Below are positions 53,441 to 64,000 of a stretch of 64,000 nt of DNA, piece after piece. The position numbers and the translations under genes were made by a program. The stretch spans positions 30,566,001 through 30,630,000 of the forward strand of contig NC_043007.1 in the NCBI RefSeq assembly GCF_006345805.1, read 5' to 3'. Under the pieces are notes generated by a model, which was given only the letters and a program-made list of their open reading frames with translations, did no database searches and was not told the origin of the DNA. This stretch comes from Octopus sinensis (Eukaryota). Within the stretch, counting starts at the first letter, position 1. The number at the start of each line of letters is the position of its first letter.

Positions 53441-53544
53441 TCGTGTTCGTTTCATAAACATGAAGAACAGAAGAGAAAGAAGGAGGAAATTATTGGTTTC
53501 GAATTTTGGCACCAGTCCAGCAATACTTTTTTGGGGGGTGGTTA

Positions 53545-53710
53545 TGTCGCTTACATCAACCCTAGTACTCAACTAGTACTTTTTTTATCGACCCCGAGTG
53601 GATGAACGGCAAAGCTAACCCCGGCAAAATTTGAATTTAGAACATAAAGGCGGACGAAACGCCACCAAGCCTTTCGTCCGGCGTGCTAACGGTTCTGCTA
53701 CCTTGCCACC
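53545..53710 (-). mobile_element. SINE family B
   Basis: TTTATCGACCCCG...GGCAAAGCTAACCCCGGCAAAATTTGAAT...GTGCTAACGGTTCTGC. Confidence 0.7.
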
Positions 53711-53741
53711 CTATAGGAGGACATTAGGAGATGGGAATGCG

Positions 53742-53950
53742 GAGGCACATGATTACGTGGTTATGGTGTTGCACTAAAGATCCTAAGATTGTAGTTTCGA
53801 TTCCTGGACTGGACGATGCGATCTGTTTCTTGCGCAAAACACTTCAATTCACGTTTCTCCATGCAAATGAATAACCCAGTGACGGACCAGGGTCCCGTTC
53901 AGGGAGGATCTATTTACGCCAGAGGAACCCGGAAACCGGAATCATGCGGA
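53742..53950 (+). mobile_element. tRNA/CORE-type SINE with a distinct tail
   Basis: GGAGGCACATG..GTGGTTA...GTTTCGATTCCTGGAC, core-like CTTGCGCAAAACACTTC. Confidence 0.6.
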
Positions 53951-54265
53951 CTAACCAAATGAAGGGTTTAAAAGAGGGATGGGCGTAGGAGGGGGAAATG
54001 GGAGGAAGAGAAGTGGGGGGGCAAAGGGGAGAGGTGAACTTATTTTTCTATACAAATCTACCAGTACTAATACTAACAAAGTCTCAAATACTTATCTGTG
54101 CGTGTATTTGTGAATGCCTGTGTGTGTGAATGTGTGTGTGTTTGTGAATGTGAGTGTGTCTGTGAATGTCCGTGTGCGTGCGTGTGAATGTGTGTGTGTG
54201 AGAGTGTGTTTGTGAATGTATGCGTCTGAATGTGCGTGTGTGAGTGTCTGTGTGTGAGAGAGAGA

Positions 54266-54297
<32 letters not shown>

Positions 54298-55186
54298 CTG
54301 TGTGTGTGTGTGCATGGGTATGTGTGTATGTGTGTGTGCTATTTTTGAAATAAACACATATACGACCAGAGGCGCACGCACTCACCTATATATGTATTTC
54401 AACAATAGCGCACACACACACACACACACACAAACACAAAGCATACACGCACACGCACTCACACATACACACATCCATACTCACGCGCACAGATGTAAAT
54501 TTGAGAGCGATTGGCCCTTTGCTGGTGCGTCTGTGATTATACGAGTGAGTGAATGTTTATACACATGTGTGTGAAATGTGTATAAGAAAGTGTATGAATG
54601 TATGTGTCTATGTCCACCTATGTATGTGTGTTTGCGTGTGTGCGTGCCAATCCGAATGCGGATGTTAGCATCAAGAACCGGATGTAAAATTCCTCAGCTC
54701 TGCATTTATTGGAACAAGAATTTAAAGAGAAATCATCAGCAAAGTCGTCCTAAGAATTCCTGGCTCACCATAAACCGATTCCAAGATTCAATGATTGATT
54801 GATAGGGTTTTTTTTTATTAACCCATTAATTAGTCATTGGATTGCGGGAGGGGAGGGTCACCGAGTCTGAATGTTCTCACGTGCTCATTTACATACATAC
54901 GTACATAAATACATACGTATATATGTGTGTGTGTGTGTGCGTGTTATATAAACATAATACACACACACACATATACATACATATATGTAAAGGGAGAAAC
55001 AGAGACAGAGGCAGAAAGAGGTTCGAGTTTATAAAGACCAGCCTCTTTTTAATTATTGTTATTATTGTTGTTGTTGTTATTGTTGTTGTTGTTGTTGTTA
55101 ATATTATCATTATTATTGTCATTATCATCATCATCATCATTATTATTATTATTATTATTATCATTATTATTATTATTATTATTATT

Positions 55187-55675
55187 GAGTGAGAGAGCAG
55201 TGCATGCCATCAAACTGGGGTAAAATATACGAAGCCCAGTATACCCATCATGACTACCCGTCTCATAAGGTACACCCGGCACATGCATCACAACCATATG
55301 TGTGCGACATGGTGACCTCATATCAAGATAAACAGCGCATGACCTTGTAGGTGGGGCCCAGTTAGAATTTTCTTCTGGTCGAGTAACCCATCCTGCTCAA
55401 AAGGTCCCTGAATAAGGGCTGTTTAAGGATGTTAAACGAAACACCCATGTTTCCAGAGGTGAATTATTCAAACCCCCAAATAATCCCTCTCAACATATGT
55501 GCATCTCTGATCACGAGCAGGAGTAGTGGGGGAGCATCATAGCTCCCCCACTACTTCTGCTCGTGATCAGAGATGCACATATCGTCAGTCACTAAGGGAC
55601 ATGCTCAACTGGTTAAGGTCAAGCAACTGACAAGCAAATCTGTGGTACTGAGCAGAATATTTGTTGTGGCCCATC

Positions 55676-55677
<2 letters not shown>
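55187..55677 (+). mobile_element. (ATT)n-anchored repeat, hairpin subfamily, copy 3
   Basis: Hairpin 55495-55582 (1 mismatch); same end-point CCCATCTT|(ATT)n as copies 1 and 2. Confidence 0.9.
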
Positions 55678-55745
<68 letters not shown>

Positions 55746-56169
55746 CATCAAGAAGCTTATAAAGCAAATATGAAAATTATATACAATAAAGTCTTTCTGA
55801 ATTCAATTCTTAATGCTTATTTCTGAAGGTAGAGTATTTTCCCGAATATAGATTTTGCAAATAGAGAGATAGAATTTCAGTTTTCGTCAATTCTTCAATT
55901 CTCAGATCGTCTCGTAGCTTCCAGCAGAAGCTATAACGTGATAAACATCTATCAAATGTTATAAAATGAATTGCGATGCGGAAAGTGAAGATTACCAAAG
56001 GGCTCAACAAAAGAATCGACACAGCTAATATAATAAAATTTAACACCGAAGATGGAATGGCAAATCAAATAATGAAGTTACGCACACACGCACGCAGACA
56101 CACACACACACACACGCACACACATACATACATAAACACACACACATTTGTATATATATATATATATAT

Positions 56170-56224
<55 letters not shown>

Positions 56225-56744
56225 TGTGTGTGTATGTATATGGAGAGAGAGACAGAGAGAAAGCGAGACATGAACGTCATTATGTATATATGTATATATA
56301 TGTGTGCGTATTTGTATGTATATGTGTCCATGTGTGTATATATGCATGTGTGTGTGTGTATGCATGCGCGCGTGTGTGTGTGTGTGTAAATATACTAGAA
56401 TTTTACCAGCCATTTGAGATTTAGCTGAAAGTTTCAGAAAATATGTCACACATACAAAGTTATGATTGAACTTGATAAAAGTTGTTGGTCAAGTGAGATC
56501 CGATGGTGGGAGCCTGCGCCGTTGCAGTGTGTTGCATCATTTACCATACGTCGCTATATTACCGGGTCTTCCCGTGTGATCCGTGGGGCACACTCCTTGT
56601 CAGTCTCTATCTCCTCATGTGGCCGACCAACACGAACCGTTAATCCAGTCGGGTACTCAGTAAAAACAACACAGTAAACTTATGCAAAATAATGAAATGG
56701 ATACAAATTTCCAAATGATAAATATATATTTTATTTTTGCTTAT

Positions 56745-57170
56745 TTTAAGTCATTATGTTACGACCATGCTGGAGTACCGTCTTGTTGATTTTAGATGAA
56801 TGAACCGATCCCAGATCTCTTTCATTCTACACGGCTGTCAAGCGATGGGGGGAGACAAGCCCAGACACAAAGACACACACACACACATGTGTGTGTGTGT
56901 CTGTGTGCTATGTTTGTATGTGTGTGTCTATGCGCGTGTGTGTGTGCATGTGTGTGTGTGTGTGCATGTGTGTGTGTGTGCATGTGTGTGTGTGTGTGTG
57001 ACTATTCATATATGCAAACGACGGTCTTTCGGTTTCCGTCTACCAATTCTACTCACAAGGCTTTGGTCTGACCGAGAGTAAGTAGAAGACACTTGCTTAA
57101 GGTGCCACACTATGAGATTGAACCTGGAACCATGTGATTGCGAAGTAAGCTTCTAACCACATAACCACGT
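56745..57170 (-). mobile_element. SINE family A with internal (GT)n
   Basis: TTCCGTCTACCAATTCTACTCACAAGGCTTTGG...AAGACACTTGC; tail CCATGCTGGAG. Confidence 0.8.
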
Positions 57171-57723
57171 CTGATCCTTACAATTGAAGAGAAATTATCA
57201 AAACAATGTTGTAGGTCTTCATATATACACACACACACACACCACAAGTTTATGAATATATAGGCAAACAAATAAAAAACAATTACCGTAACACTGTAAG
57301 AAGTTTGCCGTAAAATATGTAATAAGAATATGAAGCTTCGCGACTAGGTGCACATATATGTAAGTACGAACCATAAAGCGTTCGTACTTTAAAACATTAA
57401 TGCAGGTATGTCTATGTATTTATATATATATATACGTGTGTAGAGAATTCGAATCGAATTTAACCAAAATTGTTCTCCTTGACATTCGTTTGTTTCCCGA
57501 AAATCTAACCTTATATTATTGTGATCTTACGTGATCTGATCGTGTTTGAATCCAAGACGGAGGCGAACACCGCTATTCCATGTGGCAAGCTTAATATTTG
57601 TGAAGAAGTTTCTCTTTTAACATGAAACCAATGGTAGCCTTAACCTGTAAATAACCACCTCTGTCCGGCCATCGCCGTGATTGACCGCTAGCTACTAAAG
57701 CTTTCTTTTTTTTATTCGTGTTC

Positions 57724-57845
57724 CTTTCTGTTGAAGAGCGTAGGTTCGAAACGTAAAAGATTTTCTCACCCTCCCTAGCGTTAAACTAATACAGCTGTCT
57801 GCTGTTTACACACCTGTCTTCGTCTTTTGCTTTTGTAAATTCCAT
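57724..57845 (+). mobile_element. Minimal-hammerhead-like motif (57724-57759) plus tail into (TA)n
   Basis: CUUU-CUGUUGA-A-GAGC-GUAG-GUUC-GAA-ACGU-A|AAAG; A6 replaced by U. Confidence 0.55.
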
Positions 57846-57898
57846 CTATATATCTATATATCTATCTATATATATATATATACATATATATATATACG

Positions 57899-57949
<51 letters not shown>

Positions 57950-58464
57950 TTACATATTTATATATATATATATACTTACATATTTATGTATATATATATA
58001 TACACACATACATATTTATATATATATATATATAGACACATACACACACACAAACACACACACACATGCACACACACACACGCACACACAAAGAAAGGAG
58101 AGATGTATCATTGTAATTAGAGAACAAGAGGAAGTTATTGGTGATGTGAGAGTTCCGAGTGAGGTTCGTTCTGTTTAATTATATTCATTGCGGCAGAGAG
58201 TCCAGTCCTGGTGTTATTCCTTGAGATTTGTGGCAAACACGAGGTGGGGGAAGGGTAGGGGCGGACAAAGATGGAGGAGATATATAGACCAGAGAAACAG
58301 AGATTCAGAGACAGAGATGGGAAGTAAAGATAGAGGGTGGGACGGAAGTCAGTGGGACCAGCGTAAATAGGGATAAATTACAAACCTTAAATCTTTATCT
58401 GAACGCCAATCAATAATGACCTGAAACAATTGCACGCAGCACAAACCAGCAGTCACTATATTAT

Positions 58465-58540
58465 GTACGTGTGTGCGTATGGTGTGTACGTGTGTGCGTA
58501 TGGTGTGTACGTGTGTGCGTATGGTGTGTACGTGTGTGCG
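58465..58540. repeat. 21-bp higher-order repeat in a (GT)n context
   Basis: GTACGTGTGTGCGTATGGTGT x~3.6. Confidence 0.85.
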
Positions 58541-58616
58541 TGCGTGTGTGTGTGTGTGTGCGTGTGTGTGTCTGTGTGTGTGTTTGTGCGTGTGTGTGTG
58601 GGCATATATATATGTG

Positions 58617-58649
<33 letters not shown>

Positions 58650-58751
58650 GTGTGTGTGTGTATATATATATTTATGTATATATATATATATAATATATAT
58701 ATATATATTATATATATATATGTATATATATATGTATATGTATATTATATA

Positions 58752-58785
<34 letters not shown>

Positions 58786-58822
58786 CATATATATATGTAT
58801 ATATATATGTATATATTATATG

Positions 58823-58870
<48 letters not shown>

Positions 58871-58924
58871 CGTATATATATACGTGTATATATGTATATA
58901 TGTACATATATATAAGTATATATA

Positions 58925-58971
<47 letters not shown>

Positions 58972-59011
58972 GACCATGCATATATACATGCCCACACATA
59001 AAGAGACATAC

Positions 59012-59056
<45 letters not shown>

Positions 59057-59408
59057 CAAACGCATGGATGTATACATCTGTTGTATATATTATATATAGC
59101 TGGGCATTATAGATTAAATTACTTGATTTGAAGCCACGGTGCGGGGAGGTTAATTCATTTTCTGTATTTTTTTTTACTGCTTTGCTGTTTACATGCAGGT
59201 TTTCGTCCACACACGCTAATATATCGCCCTGTCAGCCTCGCTCTCTCTCTCTCTTTCTCCTTCTTGCCTTTATTAGACATATCTATATGTATGTGTGTAC
59301 ACGCGCGTGTGTGCGCGCGTGTGTGTGTGTGTGTGTAGATCAGTGGTTAGATAAATAGATACGTTTACAGTTATATGTACAGCTATATATGAAAAGGCCT
59401 GTACATGC

Positions 59409-59443
<35 letters not shown>

Positions 59444-59570
59444 CATACAAATACAATTGTATACATCTGCATAAATATATGCATAAATATAATTATATGT
59501 TTGTGAGTATACATAAATATTTGTATGTAAAGATACTTATATACACATGTATTTATATATTAAATGTTTA

Positions 59571-59603
<33 letters not shown>

Positions 59604-60904
59604 GATATATATATATACATGTATATTGCATACATGTATATATATACCTGTATATATATACATGATATAATATATATACACACATGTATATATATACATG
59701 TATATATATATATATATACACATGTATATATATATATATATACATGTATATATACATATACATATATATATATACATATTTATATGCATGTATAAATATA
59801 CATATTCATACATACATATATACATATATATATGTGTGTATATATATATTACCTATACACGCACATATACATATATATATACATATATATAATATATTAT
59901 ATATACGTATATATATACATATATATATGTACATATATACATATATACACAATATACATACACACACACACACACCCAAATATATATATATATATATATA
60001 TATTCATATATATATATATATAATTATATATATATATGTATATATGTATGTACACACCTACATACAAATGCACATACTATCAAAAGTGAGAGGCAGAGAT
60101 AGATAAGAATATGTAAAAGATGTAATCAGCTCTCTGTCTGTCTCCCAATTCATGTGTGTGTGTGTGTGTTGTTATTTGTATCAATATCAGCCTCTGTGTG
60201 TGTGTGTGGTGTGTGATGTGGAGGCAAAAGCAATATTATTTCTCCGATATTCTTTGTGGTCGCCATTAACAAACGTTAAAATTCCAAGATAACACAACCA
60301 CGTGATCGTTATTTCCATAATAAACACACATCTGTTGTTGTGTTGTTTGGTTGATAACGTGTGTGTGTGTGTGTACGTGTGGGTGTACGTGTGTATGTGC
60401 GAGCGTGTGTGTGTGCGTGTGTGCATATGTGTGTGTGCGTGTATGCGTGTGTTTGTGTGTGGGTACGTGTGTGCTTGTATGTGTGTGTACGTGTGTGTAT
60501 GTGTGTGTATGTGTGTGTGCTCATGCATGCATTCGCGTGTGTGTGCTCATGCATGCATTCGCGTGTGCGTGCGTGTGTACGTGCATGTGTGTGTGTGCGT
60601 ACATGCGCGTGTCTACATTCGTACGTGCGTGCGTGTGAATCTGCTGTGTTCTTTATTGTTGTTGTTGCTGTTGTCTGAGCAGATCTAAATCATTGACGGA
60701 CTTACAGTTATGACCATCCCATCTGCTGCTGCAAGTGTCACAATGTATCTTAGGTTACACGATACAATGTTTCGACATTTTTCTCTTCGTAGTACAATTT
60801 AGATATGATTTTTCCTACTAACTCCTTCTAGCTGACGCTTCCGGTTGAGTACTGGAGTCGATGTATTCAACTCATCCCCTCCTCGAAATCGTTGGCCTTT
60901 ATCC

Positions 60905-61065
<161 letters not shown>

Positions 61066-61749
61066 ACGATATGACGGTCGGTTGGCAGCAAAGAACCCCG
61101 CATAACTTCGAGAAATCCTTGATCTGGTATTGTTACCAAAGGATCCGCTTACTAAGTCGATTATGAAGATCGCCGCACCAGATTCCTTAAACAGAGCCAG
61201 GCAGGCAGTTTTACTGTCTTAAGTGGCAAAAGACGCAATGCTAGGAACGAAGCTGAACTGGATTGAAGAGAAACAGTTTCCCCTTCAAATTCTTCAAATT
61301 TCAAATTTCAGTTGGAAAGAAAAGTGAAAAAGAAGACAACGAAAGGCTCCTGCCGTGGATTTGTGAAAGGCGGAGATGACTGCAGTTAGAGTGGTTCCGG
61401 TTGATGGAACTTTTCTTAATATAAACCGTTGAATTGAGGAACAATATTCGCGAAGAGACATCCACCCATGGCGATCGGGTTGATCCTGGATTTGTGGGGG
61501 TTTCTCGGTGGCTTCAGGTGGTTGTCTTTCTGCACCAGAACAATAGTGTCATCATTTATTTTTATATTACGTGTCCTGTTTTTTTTAATTAACATTCGAT
61601 TTTTTTCTTATATACGAAATATTTTGGTAGACCCACCCATAATTAATGTAATTTGTTTTTATATTTCTTTCATCCCACGTCTTTGTTTGACATAAAATAA
61701 ATTATTATTATTATCATCATCATCATTATTATTATTATTATTATTATTA

Positions 61750-61787
<38 letters not shown>

Positions 61788-61794
61788 TATTATT

Positions 61795-62276
61795 GAGTGA
61801 GAGAGCAGTGCATGCCATCAAAGTGACACTGGAGTAAAATATACGAAGCCCAGTATACCCATCATGACTACCCGTCTGATAAGGATACACTAGGCACATG
61901 CATCACAACCATATGTGCGCGACATGGTGATCTCATATCAAGATAAACAGCACATGACCTTGCAGGTGGGGCCCAGTTAGAATTTTCTTCATTTTGAGTA
62001 GCCCATCCTGCTCAAACGGTCCCTGAATAAGGATTGTTTAAGGATGTTGAACGAACCACCCATGTTTCCAGAGGTGAATTATTCAAACCCCAAAGAATCC
62101 CTCTCAACACATGGCTATGATACTCCCCCACTACTTCTGCTCGTGATCAGAGATGCACATATTGTCAGCCATTAAGGGACATGCTTAATTGGTTACGGTC
62201 AAACAACTGACAAGCAAATCTGTGGTGTTGAGCAGAATATTTGCTGTAGCCCATCATTTTATACCAAGACAAAAAC

Positions 62277-62280
<4 letters not shown>
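61795..62280 (+). mobile_element. (ATT)n-anchored repeat, ancestral form without hairpin
   Basis: CTCAACACATGGCTATGATACTCCCCC where hairpin copies carry the inverted duplication. Confidence 0.9.
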
Positions 62281-62310
<30 letters not shown>

Positions 62311-62371
62311 TTATATTATTATTATTATTATTTTATTATTATTATTATTATTATTATTATCACCATTATTA

Positions 62372-62427
<56 letters not shown>

Positions 62428-62924
62428 TATTATTATTATTATTAATTATTAATTATGCGATGGAACTCTTCGGCTATTACCAAAAACACAAACCAATTTC
62501 TTGCAAACCTATTCCTCTGTTATTCATTAAACATTTTCCCATGCCAGGCCCCCGGCTTTCTCTTCATTCCCTTGCCATATTTTTCTCTCTTTTTCTTCAT
62601 CTCCTATTATCTCTGGTTCCTCTGGTGGTGGGGGTGACTGCAGCGTTGATGTTATTAGTGGTGGTGATGGTGGTGGTGGTGGTGGTGATGTGGTCAGATA
62701 ATCTCTCATAGCGGAGGTCATTGTTGTTTTGATGCTGCTCCCTTCTTAACGAATATATTCCATATGTGACCATCTTGTCTTTCATTATTCAGACATAGTA
62801 TATCTAGGACTATAGCATCTTATGTGCCCTTCCTATTATAAGATAGCAGAGATTTGTGAGATTTGAAATATTTTTCACTGTTATTTTAGCTGTACGACCA
62901 CATACAGGCCTACTCCTAGTTTTA

Positions 62925-63190
62925 TGATGATGGTGGCTTTAGCGTCGGTAGTGCTGGTGCTGGTGCTGGTGGTGATGGTGGTGGTGGTGGTGGTGGTGGT
63001 GGTGGTGGTGGTGGTTGTAGCGGTGGTGGTGGATGTGGCGGTGGTGTGGTGGAGGTGGTGGTGGCGGTGGTGGTGGCGGTGGTGGTGGTGGAGGTGCTGG
63101 TGCTGCTGATGCTGCTGATGTTTTGTATTGTTGTTGTTGTTGTTGGAGGTGGGGGTGAATGGTGCTGGTGGTGATGTTGGTGGTGGTGCT
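62925..63190. repeat. (GGT)n/(GCT)n tract
   Basis: Directly visible. Confidence 0.95.
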
Positions 63191-63944
63191 ACTGGTCGCA
63201 TTCGTTAGTGCTATTTAACCCTAGGTCAGTCCTAATGAATCGGACGTATACAAAAGCCACTCCAAACGTGACCATCCCATTTCACTGTACATCTATGAAT
63301 AGATCATTTCTGTTTTATTAAGCTGCCACGATGTTATTTGTATAACTTTGGTTGCTATTTCAAGCAAATCGATAGGTCCCCGAACGCTAGGTTCCCTCGG
63401 TTCGATCGATTTAATGATACTATCATTAAGTACATCTCATTTGTGTTTTGCTTCGCCATATCCACTGTTGTCTATGTTTCCTTATCTTGGACTCTTGGTA
63501 ATGAGAAATTGCCTGGAACTCAGTGAACAATCTTCCAAAAGACAACAGAAGCACCGACAACAACAATGATCAGAACATCAACATCAAATGCCAACAACAA
63601 CAACAACAACACAACAACAATAACGCAAACAACAACAAAAATAACAACAAGCAAAACATTAACAATAATATGAGGCTCTGTGTAGTCGTTCTTTATGCTA
63701 GAAATAACAGCAAAAACCTACCTCATATTGCATCCGAAATTCCTTTAAAACAAGATACAAGTTGAAAACGTGGTCCTGAGTATCCTGCAGATAAGAAAAA
63801 AATGGGATGGTCACTACTGGAATGCTTTGATCATCGATATGTTTCACCAGCCAATTCTCCTGTCGTAAAAGATAACGGACACTTTGGATAACATGCTCAT
63901 TGTTACACTGTGTATATATATATCTATCAATATCTATCTATCTA

Positions 63945-63992
<48 letters not shown>

Positions 63993-64000
63993 GTGTAACT

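Noticed and set aside
55405-55455. CTGAATA...GAAAC in the (ATT)n-anchored repeat as a hammerhead
   Set aside because: G8 missing without compensation, extra unpaired segment, no helix I

Overview
This is AT-rich, repeat-saturated eukaryotic DNA, probably intergenic or intronic. The microsatellite load and tRNA/CORE-type SINE families suggest an octopus-like cephalopod (inference). I found no intact protein-coding gene, and almost all ORFs in the track are translated microsatellites. Recognisable content: decayed hAT and mariner DNA transposons; LINE remnants (CR1-like, two Tx1/L1-like, an RTE-BovB 3' end, two R4/Dong-like RLE 3' ends); many SINEs, two with clean TSDs; a HINE/DINE-1-like element; and an (ATT)n-anchored ~490-bp repeat whose subfamily carries a 41-bp template-switch hairpin. 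The main unexplained structure is a recurring set of short non-coding elements at (TA)n tracts. Most combine a type-I hammerhead ribozyme motif (CUGANGA...GAAA-palindrome-UH) with a ~75-100 nt tail, and several also carry an inverted copy of their own end. Examples are a 988-bp fold-back with one complete hammerhead in each 356-bp arm, and two copies of a variant with a compensatory U3-A8 core. The architecture matches Penelope-like/retrozyme-type non-autonomous retroelements (inference). All structures were read by eye, nothing was computed, and boundaries are approximate except where exact motifs are quoted.
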